A stretch of 64,000 nt of DNA, taken from positions 320,001 through 384,000 of the forward strand of contig OY820591.1 of the NCBI GenBank assembly GCA_963555985.3, written 5' to 3'. The notes beneath the pieces are model-generated. The model had not been told where the DNA came from, did no database searches, and worked only from the letters and a program-made list of their open reading frames with translations. This DNA comes from Dehalococcoidia bacterium (GTDB lineage: Bacteria > Chloroflexota > Dehalococcoidia > Bin125). Shown here piece by piece: positions 28,841 through 38,372 of this stretch. Within the stretch, counting starts at the first letter, position 1; each line of letters starts with the position of its first letter. The translations under genes were made by a program, and so were the position numbers.

Positions 28841-29536
28841 ATGAATGGACTCGATGGCGTCCGCGCGCTCACATTTGATCTCTTCGGTACTGTGCTGGAC
28901 CTCGACGGGAGTCTGGTACCGCCGCTCGGTCGCTTCTTCGGGGAGCGGGGCATCGCTGTCGACGCGGCGGAGTTCTGGGCGCAGTGGCGCGCCCGCCAGC
29001 GCATTGAGCAGTACCAGGACACGCTCTTGATGCTTGGCCACAGCGGCTATCTGACGACCTGTGAGCGCGCCCTTCGCTACACCCTTCGCCTGCACGGCGT
29101 CGACTTCGACGACGGGACCGACGCTGAGATCATGGCCTTCTGGCAACACTTGAATCCCTACCCGGAGGTTCTCGATGCGCTCGCGCGCCTGTCCGAACGC
29201 TACGACCTCGTCGCGCTCTCCAATGGGAATCCGGGTTTTCTCCAGCATCTGGCCCAGAACCGCATCCGCTGGGAGTTCGACGCCATCATCTCCGTAGCCG
29301 CAGTGGGAGCGTTCAAGCCTCACCCCGCGGTTTACCGCCACGCCGCCGCCAAGCTGGGGCTCGAACCGGCCGAGTGCCTGATGGTCTCGGCCAACTCGTT
29401 CGATGTGCTGGGAGCGCGAGCCTGCGGCTATCGAGCCGCATTTGTGAATCGCCGCGGACTCCCCTACGAGGACTCGTCCCTTCAACCTGACCTCACCGTC
29501 CCCTCCTTCACGGAGCTCGCAGAGGCTCTGCAATAA
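28841..29536 (+). CDS. haloacid dehalogenase type II (HAD)
   Basis: FDLFGT, LSNG, FKPHPAVY, VSANSFDVLGA. Confidence 0.88.
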   Translation: MNGLDGVRALTFDLFGTVLDLDGSLVPPLGRFFGERGIAVDAAEFWAQWRARQRIEQYQDTLLMLGHSGYLTTCERALRYTLRLHGVDFDDGTDAEIMAFWQHLNPYPEVLDALARLSERYDLVALSNGNPGFLQHLAQNRIRWEFDAIISVAAVGAFKPHPAVYRHAAAKLGLEPAECLMVSANSFDVLGARACGYRAAFVNRRGLPYEDSSLQPDLTVPSFTELAEALQ

Positions 29537-29590
29537 CCGTGTCCCTCCCCCGCGCAGGCGCGCGCGTCATAGACCTGACCGGCGGGTGAG

Positions 29591-30115
29591 CTAGTGAGTG
29601 CCCTGGGCGGCCATCACGGTCGGCATGCCCTGCATCCCGCGCAGGGTGTTGATCTCGCCGCGATGGCCGTTGAAGTGCCCCATCATGTGCAGCGAGATGG
29701 CCTCGCCCACGCTCTCGGTACCGTTGCGTGCCGGGATTTGGCGCTCAAGGTCTTCATCGCTCGCGTCGGCGAGGAACTGACGGGTGCGCTCGAAGACGGC
29801 TTCCTGGTAGCCGCCGAGCGCGTCGAGGTCGGTGATCTGAATCTCCTGGGCCTCGTCGTCGGACATGCCGGTGCCGAAGCCCTTGAAGGGCAGGCCGGTG
29901 CGCTCGGCCCACTCTTCGTCCCAGATCGGGGGCTGGCCGCTGACGTTGCTCATGACGAGATCCTCGACGCGCGACGTGTGCCAGAGGCACCAGGCGATCG
30001 AGTGGCTGCCGTGCTCGGGCACGAAATGAAGCTGTTCGTCGCTGCCGTTGCGGGCGTCGATCAGTGCGGCGTGGGCGAAATCGAGGCTGCGCTGGATGAA
30101 TTCGACGGTGCTCAT
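29591..30115 (-). CDS. DinB family protein
   Basis: SIAWCLWH..RVED, H.NGHRGEI..LRG. Confidence 0.8.
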   Translation of the reverse strand: MSTVEFIQRSLDFAHAALIDARNGSDEQLHFVPEHGSHSIAWCLWHTSRVEDLVMSNVSGQPPIWDEEWAERTGLPFKGFGTGMSDDEAQEIQITDLDALGGYQEAVFERTRQFLADASDEDLERQIPARNGTESVGEAISLHMMGHFNGHRGEINTLRGMQGMPTVMAAQGTH

Positions 30116-30277
30116 GGACTCACTCCTCTACTCAAGCCAAGAGTCTAAGCGCATCGCTGCCGTGCTCGGCGACAACGCCGGGAACTGTGCACAGATTGCT
30201 CCCCGCGCGCATCCACGCCGCCGGTGCTGCCTGAGTCGAGCGCCTCTCGTATCGTGAACAGGTTCCTGGAGGCATCC

Positions 30278-31918
30278 ATGAAGACTGAAGTCCACCCTCT
30301 CAGCGGCGCGACCTATACGGAGCTCGGCGACGGCAGGGTGCGCGTCGACAAGGCGCAGAAGTACGGCATCTTCGACTGGGAGGGTCACCACATTGAGGGT
30401 GATCTGCACTACGCCGACCCGCATCTGCTCCAGTGGGTGGGAGGTCCGGAGTTGCCGTCGCGCGCGGCCAAGCGCGATCCCCGGCGCAACAACTCCGCCT
30501 CGCAGATGCAGCGCGACGCCAAAGCAGCCGAGGCGCAGTACACGGGCGGCACTGCCCTGCTGGGCGAAGTCGACGAGAACTTCACCCGCTACACCGGCGA
30601 TCCGGGCCGCGACACGGCGGCCGGGAGGCGCTCATCGGGCATCTCGTTCATGGAACTGCTGGAGCTGGATCAGTTCCCGGAGCGCATCCCCGACACGCTG
30701 AGGATGGAGCGCTCCCTGCCTGGCGGCGTACGCAAGGTGCCGACCGAGCGCTACACCTCACAGAAGTGGCACGACCTTGAGGTCGAGCGGCTCTGGAAGC
30801 GGGTCTGGCAGATGGCCTGCCATGTCGACGACATCCCGGAGGTGGGCGACTACATCGTCTACGACGTGGCCCAGTTCTCCTGGATCGTGGTGCGCACCGG
30901 AGCCGACGAGTTCAAGGCTTACAACAACGCCTGTCTCCACCGCGGCCGCCAACTGCGCGAGTTCGACGGCAAGCAGGCGACCGAGTTCCGCTGCCCCTTC
31001 CACGGCTGGTGCTGGGAGCTGGACGGTTCTCTGCGCGAGATTCCCTCGGAGTGGGACTTCCCCGAGGTGCGCGAGGACGTCGGCCATTTGCCCGAGGCCA
31101 AGGTCGGAACCTGGGGCGGCTTCGTCTTCATCAACCCCGATCCGGACTGCGAGCCGTTCGAGGACTTCCTCGGCTCATTGCCGGCGCATTACGAGAAGTA
31201 CGACTACGAGACGAAGTACAAGCAGGTCCACGTAGCCAAGATCGTGCGGGCCAACTGGAAGGTGAACCAGGAAGCCTTCATGGAGGGCTACCACATCATC
31301 GCCACTCATCCGCAGCTCATGATCTACGGCGGCGACGGGGCTAACCACCAGTACGACTCATTCGACAACTGGTCGCGCGCGGTGACGCTGGCCGTGAAGA
31401 CGAGCGCTCACCTCAATGTGCATCCGCCGCGCGAGGAGTTGAGCGAATCGCGCAACAGGATGGCCAACATGATGCGCGAGAGCTTGCGTGAAACGATCGG
31501 CGAGCGGGTCGATATCTACTGCGACGCCGAGCTGATCGACGGGCAGTACAACAACCTCTTCCCCAATTTCCACCCCTGGGGCTCGTTCAGCCGGATCGTC
31601 TACCGCTTCCGCCCCTACAACGACGACCCCGACATGTCGATCATGGAGGTGATCTACCTCGCTCCCTGGCCGGCGGACAAGCCCAAGCCGCCGGCCGCGC
31701 CGATCCACTGGCTCGGCCCCGACGACCACTGGACCGACGCTCCCGAAATGGGCGGCCTGGCCCGGGTGCTCAATCAGGACAGCTACAACCTGCCCAAGCT
31801 CCAGCGCGGCCTCAAAGCCAAGATCGATCCTCACATCTACTTGGCCGCCTACGAGGAGGGGAAGATTCGCCATTTCCACCACCTCTACGACCAGTGGGTC
31901 GCCTACGACGACGGTTAG
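30278..31918 (+). CDS. ring-hydroxylating Rieske oxygenase alpha subunit with ~125-aa N-terminal extension
   Basis: CLHRG..CPFHGW, ANWK..EAFMEGYH...H, NQD, EE.KIRHFH. Confidence 0.88.
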   Translation: MKTEVHPLSGATYTELGDGRVRVDKAQKYGIFDWEGHHIEGDLHYADPHLLQWVGGPELPSRAAKRDPRRNNSASQMQRDAKAAEAQYTGGTALLGEVDENFTRYTGDPGRDTAAGRRSSGISFMELLELDQFPERIPDTLRMERSLPGGVRKVPTERYTSQKWHDLEVERLWKRVWQMACHVDDIPEVGDYIVYDVAQFSWIVVRTGADEFKAYNNACLHRGRQLREFDGKQATEFRCPFHGWCWELDGSLREIPSEWDFPEVREDVGHLPEAKVGTWGGFVFINPDPDCEPFEDFLGSLPAHYEKYDYETKYKQVHVAKIVRANWKVNQEAFMEGYHIIATHPQLMIYGGDGANHQYDSFDNWSRAVTLAVKTSAHLNVHPPREELSESRNRMANMMRESLRETIGERVDIYCDAELIDGQYNNLFPNFHPWGSFSRIVYRFRPYNDDPDMSIMEVIYLAPWPADKPKPPAAPIHWLGPDDHWTDAPEMGGLARVLNQDSYNLPKLQRGLKAKIDPHIYLAAYEEGKIRHFHHLYDQWVAYDDG

Positions 31919-31921
31919 GCG

Positions 31922-32314
31922 CTACTCGGTCTGGTAGAGCGGCGCGGACGGCGCGCCGGCAGCCGCCGCTTCAGTGACCGCCAGCAGCTCGCGGATGCGC
32001 GCAGCTTCCCGCTCACGCTCCTCCGCGTTGAGCGAATAGGCGTGTGCGGCGATGCCGCCCATGCCGTGCGATCCCCAGGCGATCACTAGGTCTTCGATTT
32101 CATGCAGGACCGGAGCCGGAACCGCCTTGCGCGGCAGGCGCAGTTCCGCAATGCGAGTCCATGCCGCCGCGAGCGCCGGCGCGCTCACCGGCGATTCAGA
32201 GATATCGCCGACCGCATCCCGTAGCCGCTGGAGCGTCGGTTCAAGCTGTTGCGATGTGTACGTCGCGTCGCCGTGCTCGCGGAACATCTCCGGCAGATCG
32301 AAGTCGTCCGGCAT
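31922..32314 (-). CDS. hypothetical protein, probably co-transcribed with the P450
   Basis: 130-aa ORF starting 7 nt after the P450 stop; fills the gap between convergent genes. Confidence 0.55.
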   Translation of the reverse strand: MPDDFDLPEMFREHGDATYTSQQLEPTLQRLRDAVGDISESPVSAPALAAAWTRIAELRLPRKAVPAPVLHEIEDLVIAWGSHGMGGIAAHAYSLNAEEREREAARIRELLAVTEAAAAGAPSAPLYQTE

Positions 32315-32321
32315 CTCTGCG

Positions 32322-33581
32322 CTATGCCCTGTCGAAGAGGATGTGCAGGTCGTTGAGGCCGCGCAGGATGAAACTAGGCACGTGGTTCGGAGTCGGATAG
32401 TCCGGATCGAGACGGAAGTTCGTCATCCGCCCGAGTACCTCCTCGAACGCCACCCTAATCTCTAGTCGGGCCAGGGCCGCTCCGATGCAGTAGTGCGGAC
32501 CCGCGCTGAAGGCGACGTGCCTCGGTGCGTTCTCTCGATTCACGTCGAACTGGCCCGCATTCGCAAACGTGCATTCGTCACGGTTGGCGGCTGCGTAGAG
32601 CAGCATGACCCGCGTCTGCTCCGGCAAATCGACGCCGCCAAGCGTGACCGCCCTGGTCGTGGTGCGGAAGAGCGCCCGAACCGGGGACTCCACTCGCAAC
32701 GCCTCCTCCGCCATGTTGGTGATCAGCGATGGATCGGCTTGCACCGAGGCGAGCTGGTCGGGATTCTCGATCAAGAGCAGCATCGCGCTGCCGATCAGGT
32801 GAGCGGTCGTCTCCTTGCCTGCGACCTGGAGCTGCTGGAGGATGCTCAGGATCTCGTCGTCGTTGAGCGGGCGCGAGCCGTCGTCGGTCTCCAGTTCGGC
32901 GGTCACCAGCGTGGTCAGCATGTCGTCTTGAGGATCTTGCCGGCGCTGCTCGGCTCGTTCCAGGAAGTACTCCTGGAGTTCGATGCCGGCGCGCAGGACG
33001 GCGCGTTCCTCCTCCGGCGGGATGGTTCGCTCGATCCCGCCGATGGCGAAGTCGGCGCGGCGCTTGAATTCGCGCAGCTCCGAGCGCGGCACTCCGATCT
33101 GGTCGGCGATCACGGCCATCGGCAACTCGTCGGCGAACTGCTTGGTGAAGTTGGCCTTACCCTCGTCGATGAAGCCATCAATCAGATCCGTGACGATCTC
33201 GCGGACGTATCCCTCCATGCCCATGATCCGCCTCGGCGCGAGCGCCTTGTCGACCAGCGATCGATAGCGGCGGTGGTAGGGCGGGTCGGCGGCGAGCAGC
33301 GTAGGCACGCTGGCCCGCCCGAAGGTGCGTCGCAGCTGGTCCAGTTCCGCATCATCGCCGCCACCGCTGCGTCCAGGCGTCGCGGCGTTGCCCACGGCCA
33401 TCGCGGACGAGTAGGTCTCGGGATCGTGCACGACTTCCTGTAGCAGGTCATAGCTGCTGACCACGAAGAATGCCATGCCAGGCGCCTCCCACACCGGGGC
33501 CTCGGCGTGCAGCGCCGCGTAGAACGGATAGGGACACTCAAGCGTTTCGGGATCTATCGGGTTGTAATCGCTGAGCGCCAT
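32322..33581 (-). CDS. cytochrome P450
   Basis: DPPYHRRYR, I-helix AGKETT, EEALR (ExxR), FSAGPHYCIG haem Cys. Confidence 0.93.
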   Translation of the reverse strand: MALSDYNPIDPETLECPYPFYAALHAEAPVWEAPGMAFFVVSSYDLLQEVVHDPETYSSAMAVGNAATPGRSGGGDDAELDQLRRTFGRASVPTLLAADPPYHRRYRSLVDKALAPRRIMGMEGYVREIVTDLIDGFIDEGKANFTKQFADELPMAVIADQIGVPRSELREFKRRADFAIGGIERTIPPEEERAVLRAGIELQEYFLERAEQRRQDPQDDMLTTLVTAELETDDGSRPLNDDEILSILQQLQVAGKETTAHLIGSAMLLLIENPDQLASVQADPSLITNMAEEALRVESPVRALFRTTTRAVTLGGVDLPEQTRVMLLYAAANRDECTFANAGQFDVNRENAPRHVAFSAGPHYCIGAALARLEIRVAFEEVLGRMTNFRLDPDYPTPNHVPSFILRGLNDLHILFDRA

Positions 33582-33721
33582 GATCGACTCCCCCGCCCTG
33601 GTCACTGATCGCCGGTGACCCCATTCTATGGGTCGTCCCAGTGTCGACGAGCCAGGCGCACGCGACCGCGACGATTGTGATCCTCGATAATGCCGCCAAC
33701 TTCACCTGAGGGGAGCGGATC

Positions 33722-34858
33722 GTGATTGAATCGCTGGGTATTGAGCACCTGTTCGACCTCACGGCAGAGGAGAAGGTGCTCGCGTTCTTCACTCCGCTGG
33801 TCATCTTCGCGGCGTTCGCTGTCGCCCAGATGGCGATGGCGGCCCGCAAAGTGACCGGGTACGTGGTTAATCCCGAGACCGGGGAGCCGCGCACCTACCG
33901 GCTGAACGGGCTCCTGGTCTTCGCGATCGCGTTGGTCATTTGGGCCACCGAAGCCACCGGGATGCCGCGCGACTGGTTTTACCGGGCGTCGATCTGGTCC
34001 GTGTTCGGCGGCACGGTTTTCGCCGCTATCTTTTCGCTGATCGCCATGTTGAGTCAGCCGCAAGGCGAGGTGCAGAACCCGATCATCGCCTTCTACCTGG
34101 GCCGCAAGCAGGAGTTCTCATTCTTCAACGAGTATTTCGACGTCAAGATGTGGTTCTACGTCGTCGGCGGAACGATGTTGTCGCTGAACGCGTTGTCAGG
34201 CGCGGTCTGGCACCACGAGAATTTCGCCGATGCGAATCTCGGTGTCTACCTGTATGCGGCGATCTACACGTTCTACATCCTCGACTACTTCATCTTTGAG
34301 CGGGTGCAGCTCTATACCTACGACCTGATCCACGAGAACACGGGATTCAAGCTGTTTTGGGGCGGGCTGGTGGTCTACGGCTGGCTGTTCATCCTGCCGT
34401 TGTGGGCGATGGCTGCTCAGCCGGATCCCGGGTTTTCGGCGGCCGCATCGTACGCGCTGGTCGCGGGCGCGGGCGCGCTGTTCCTCGTCGGCTGGACCAT
34501 CTCGCGCGGGGCCAACCTGCAGAAGTACACGTTCAAACGCTGGCCCGAGCGCAAGTTCCTGGGGCTGATTGAACCGGAATACATCGTGGCGGGCGATCGG
34601 AAGATTCTCTGCAGCGGATTCTGGGGCCGGGCTCGGCACTTCAACTACTTCGGCGAGGGTCTGTTCGGGCTGGCGATCGCGCTGAGTTTCGGCCACTTCG
34701 GCAATCCCTGGGCCTGGAGCTACATGCTCTTCGTCGTGACCATGTTCACCTGGCGGCAGATCGAGGACGACCGAGCCTGCGCCGCAAAGTACGGCCCCGA
34801 AAAGTGGGCCGAGTACCAGGAGCGAGTCCCCTGGCGCATCTTGCCCGGCATCTACTGA
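33722..34858 (+). CDS. ERG4/ERG24 (sterol reductase / LBR / DHCR7) family membrane reductase
   Basis: YRLNGL, RGANLQK..F, LCSGFWGRARHFNYFGE, DDRACAAKYG..W..Y..RVPWRILPGIY. Confidence 0.88.
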   Translation: MIESLGIEHLFDLTAEEKVLAFFTPLVIFAAFAVAQMAMAARKVTGYVVNPETGEPRTYRLNGLLVFAIALVIWATEATGMPRDWFYRASIWSVFGGTVFAAIFSLIAMLSQPQGEVQNPIIAFYLGRKQEFSFFNEYFDVKMWFYVVGGTMLSLNALSGAVWHHENFADANLGVYLYAAIYTFYILDYFIFERVQLYTYDLIHENTGFKLFWGGLVVYGWLFILPLWAMAAQPDPGFSAAASYALVAGAGALFLVGWTISRGANLQKYTFKRWPERKFLGLIEPEYIVAGDRKILCSGFWGRARHFNYFGEGLFGLAIALSFGHFGNPWAWSYMLFVVTMFTWRQIEDDRACAAKYGPEKWAEYQERVPWRILPGIY

Positions 34859-34914
34859 GCCGAACACTCACCGGGGCTTGGCTAGACTCTGCACATGCTA
34901 ACCGGAGTCAGTAT

Positions 34915-35275
34915 CTGCCCGGCGGCAACCTGGGACCGCGTTGGCTCGGCGTGCTGCTCGAGCATGGCTTCTCCTACGACAGCTCCATGGCGCCAAACGA
35001 CTTCCAGCCGACCTGGCGCCGAATGGGTGATGTGATCAAGACCGATGGCTCCTTCGAATTCGGCCGCGAAGTCGATCTGGTCGGCCGAGTTCGACTGCCT
35101 CTATCAGCAGGTCGGTTCCGGCGTCTTTGTGCTCACGATGCATCCCCAGTGCATCGGCAAGGGCAGCCGCATGCTCATGCTCGAGCGCCTGATCAATCAC
35201 ATCAAGAGCCACGACGGCGTCCGCTTCCGCACGATGCAGGATGTCGCCGCTGAGTTCCGGGCGGCCGCATCCTGA
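34915..35275 (+). pseudogene. polysaccharide deacetylase 3' fragment with frameshifting internal deletion
   Basis: LPGGNLGPRWL..YDSSMAPND and LTMHPQCIGKGSRMLMLERLI match 55342-56187; about 107 bp missing at ~35082; no N-terminus. Confidence 0.85.
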
Positions 35276-35445
35276 TCCCATCTCCAAAAGGAGACTTGCG
35301 CGCAAGTCGCCGCGACCCGGCTGGGGACAACCCCCTCTCCCGCTGGGAGAGGGGACCGGAAAGGGAGGTTCGCGCAGGTCTCAAGTGGGAGAGGCATGTA
35401 TCGCCCTTACCATCGCCCTGTGTATCGATGAGTGAGGAGTGAGTG

Positions 35446-36846
35446 ATGACCAACACCAGCTACGACCCAACGACGTATCAACTACTTACCTTCCACGACG
35501 CAACGTCTGCCTTCCGCAGCGGCGGCGATACGCCGAGCGCCTACCTCGAACGCTGCCTTGCGACCGTTGAAGCGCGCGAGCCAGTCGTCCAAGCATTCGC
35601 CCACGTTAATCCCGCGTTGGCTCGCGAGGCAGCGGAAGCGAGTACCAGGCGCTGGGCGGCGGGCAGTCCGCGCTCTGCGATCGACGGCATGCCGATCGGG
35701 ATCAAGGACCTGCTGGAGACCAGGGACATGCCCACCGAGTTCGGCTGCGAGGCCTGGCGCGGCAATTTCCCGAAACGCGATAACGCCGCCGTCTGGGCCC
35801 TCCGCGAAGCAGGAGCGGTCATCGTTGGCAAGACCGTCACCGCCGAGCTGGGTGGAGCGCAGCCCGGTCCGACCACCAATCCCTTCGACCCGGCCCGCTC
35901 GCCGGGCGGCTCATCCTCCGGCTCGGCGGCGGCGGTTGGAGCGCGGATGCTGCCGGCTGCGATCGGTTCGCAGGTCGGCGGCTCGATCATCCGGCCGGCG
36001 GCCTACTGCGGCAACGTGGCGCTGAAGCCGACTCAGGGCGGCATCAACAGGGGCGAGCGTCAGGCCACCAGCATGAGCACCCACGGAGTCCACGCCGGCT
36101 GCCTTGAGGACATGTGGCAGGTCGCCATCGAGATCGTCAAACGCGCCGGCGGCGACCGCGGTTGGCCGGGCATCCAGGGCCCCGGCACGACTCCCGCGCC
36201 TCGCAAGCCTACGCGGCTGATCGTGCTTGAGACCCAGGGCTGGAACGAGCTTGACGACGCCAGCAAGACCGGCTTTGCCCAGCTGCTCGAGCAATTGCGA
36301 AGTCTGGGAGTCGAGACCATCGGGCGGCGAGAGCACCGCCTGGCCGAAGCGCTCGAATGCGCTGTCGGCGACGCCCGCGATGTTTGCAACGCGATCACCA
36401 ACTGGGAGAACCGATGGGCGACTCGCAATCTCGTCGATCTGTATCCGGACGCCGTGAGCCGGCGGGCGCAGGAAGCGCTCGCGCAGGCCGAGTCGATGTC
36501 GGTCGACGACTACCGCGCGGCCCTGCTCGCGCGCGACATCGCCCAGCAATCGCACCGGGCTGCGGCAGGCGTCGGTGACGCCATCATCACGCTTGCCTGC
36601 CCCGGTCCCGCGCAGGTCTGGCTCGGCGATCGGCCTGGACAGCCGCTCGACCCGCGCCCGACCGGCGACCCGGTCTTCAACTTTCCCAGCTCGATGCTCT
36701 TCGCCCCCGCCGTCACGATGCCGCTGATGGGTGTCGGCGGGATGCCGGTCGGGGTGCAGGTCTTCGGAGTTCCTCACCAGGACGCGGATATGACCTCGAT
36801 CGCTCGTTGGATGCTCGGAGCCCTGGATCCGGTCACGGTCGGCTAA
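35446..36846 (+). CDS. amidase signature family protein
   Basis: GIKDL, PGGSSSGS, GSQVGGSIIRPAAYCG. Confidence 0.9.
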   Translation: MTNTSYDPTTYQLLTFHDATSAFRSGGDTPSAYLERCLATVEAREPVVQAFAHVNPALAREAAEASTRRWAAGSPRSAIDGMPIGIKDLLETRDMPTEFGCEAWRGNFPKRDNAAVWALREAGAVIVGKTVTAELGGAQPGPTTNPFDPARSPGGSSSGSAAAVGARMLPAAIGSQVGGSIIRPAAYCGNVALKPTQGGINRGERQATSMSTHGVHAGCLEDMWQVAIEIVKRAGGDRGWPGIQGPGTTPAPRKPTRLIVLETQGWNELDDASKTGFAQLLEQLRSLGVETIGRREHRLAEALECAVGDARDVCNAITNWENRWATRNLVDLYPDAVSRRAQEALAQAESMSVDDYRAALLARDIAQQSHRAAAGVGDAIITLACPGPAQVWLGDRPGQPLDPRPTGDPVFNFPSSMLFAPAVTMPLMGVGGMPVGVQVFGVPHQDADMTSIARWMLGALDPVTVG

Positions 36847-36905
36847 CGCGACGCCAATCGACGATCTATCCTCGCCGCACATCGATTCCCCCTGGAGACC
36901 TGACC

Positions 36906-38360
36906 ATGACCACGACCGAATCCCCATCCGCCGCCATCCGCGCCCGCCTCGATCATCCGATCATTGACGGCGACTCGCACATCGTCGAGTTCATGCCGAC
37001 CTTCTTCGACTATCTCAAGGATGTGGGCGGTTCGGAGATCGTCAAGCGCTACCGCGACTCCAGCGTCAGCCGCCGCTGGGCGGCGATGAGCTGGGACGAG
37101 CGCCGGGCCGAGCGGATGACGATCCCGCCCTGGTGGGCGCTGCCGACCGAGAACACGCTCGACCGCGCGACGGCGATGATGCCCGCGCTGCTGCACGAGC
37201 GCATGGACGAGGTCGGGATGGACTTCGTCGTGCTCTATCCGACGATCGGGCTCGGCTTCCCGCACATGCAGGACGATGAGGTGCGGCAGGCGGTCTGCCG
37301 CGCGTTCAACGAGTTCACGGCCGAACAGTACGGCGGGTTTTCCGACCGCATGACGGTGGCGGCGGTGATCCCGCTGCATACGCCCGAAGAGGGCATCGCC
37401 GAACTGGAGCACGCGCACTCGCTGGGCCTGAAGGTGGCGCAGATGCCGGCCTACATTCGCCGCCCCGTGCCCGCGATCGCCGAGAAGTATCCGGAGCTGG
37501 CCAATCAGGTGACCTGGCTGGACGCATTCGCGATCGACAGCGAGTACGACTACGACCCGTTCTGGCAGCGCTGTCTCGATCTGGGCTTTGCGGTTGCTTC
37601 GCACTCCTCCGGCATGGGCTTCATCGACCGCGCCTCGATCTCGAACTACATGTACAACCACATCGGTCACTTCGCGGCTGCGGGCGAGGTGCTCTGCAAG
37701 TCGCTGCTGATGGGCGGCGTGACGACCCGCTTCCCCGAGTTGCGGGTGGCGCTGCTCGAAGGCGGCGTGGCGCACGGCGCGCGGATCTACGCGGACATCA
37801 TCGCGCGTTGGGAGAAACGTAGCCCGGATCGGCTCCGGCGCCTCGATCCCGGGAATATCGACATTGAGCTGGCTCAGGACCTGTTCAGCCGCTACGGCGG
37901 CGAGCTGACCGAGGGCAAGCTGGATGATCTGCCCCGGACGCTGGGCATGACCGCGCCCGACGTTGAGGAGCGGCTGCGGGACAACTTCAGCGAGATGAAC
38001 ATTGAGCGGGCGGAGGACTTCTACGACCGCTTCGTGCCCTCGTTCTACTTCGGCTGCGAGGCTGACGACCCGGTCACGGCCTGGGCCTTCGACGACAAGG
38101 TCAACCCGTTCGGGGCCAAGATTCGGGCCTTCATGAGCACCGATCTCGGTCACTGGGATGTACCCGACATGTCGACGGCCGTCGCCGAGGCCTACGAGCC
38201 GGTTGAGAACGGAGTGATCAGCCCGGAGGACTTCCGCGACTTCGCCTTCACCAACCAGCTTCGGCTCTACGCCCACTCCAACCCGAACTTCTTCAAGGGC
38301 ACGATTGTCGAAGACGCCGCCGCCGATGCGCTGGCGCAGGAGTCGGCGAACGGCGTCTAG
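36906..38360 (+). CDS. amidohydrolase family 2 protein
   Basis: IIDGDSHIVE, DFVVLYPT, YDPFW, RFPELRVALLEGG, FGCEADD, STDLGHWD. Confidence 0.85.
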   Translation: MTTTESPSAAIRARLDHPIIDGDSHIVEFMPTFFDYLKDVGGSEIVKRYRDSSVSRRWAAMSWDERRAERMTIPPWWALPTENTLDRATAMMPALLHERMDEVGMDFVVLYPTIGLGFPHMQDDEVRQAVCRAFNEFTAEQYGGFSDRMTVAAVIPLHTPEEGIAELEHAHSLGLKVAQMPAYIRRPVPAIAEKYPELANQVTWLDAFAIDSEYDYDPFWQRCLDLGFAVASHSSGMGFIDRASISNYMYNHIGHFAAAGEVLCKSLLMGGVTTRFPELRVALLEGGVAHGARIYADIIARWEKRSPDRLRRLDPGNIDIELAQDLFSRYGGELTEGKLDDLPRTLGMTAPDVEERLRDNFSEMNIERAEDFYDRFVPSFYFGCEADDPVTAWAFDDKVNPFGAKIRAFMSTDLGHWDVPDMSTAVAEAYEPVENGVISPEDFRDFAFTNQLRLYAHSNPNFFKGTIVEDAAADALAQESANGV

Positions 38361-38372
38361 GCCGGCTCTGGG

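Noticed and set aside
32322-33581. P450 as CYP51 or a C22 desaturase
   Set aside because: It looks like a generic bacterial P450 (AGKETT); I see no family-specific signature.
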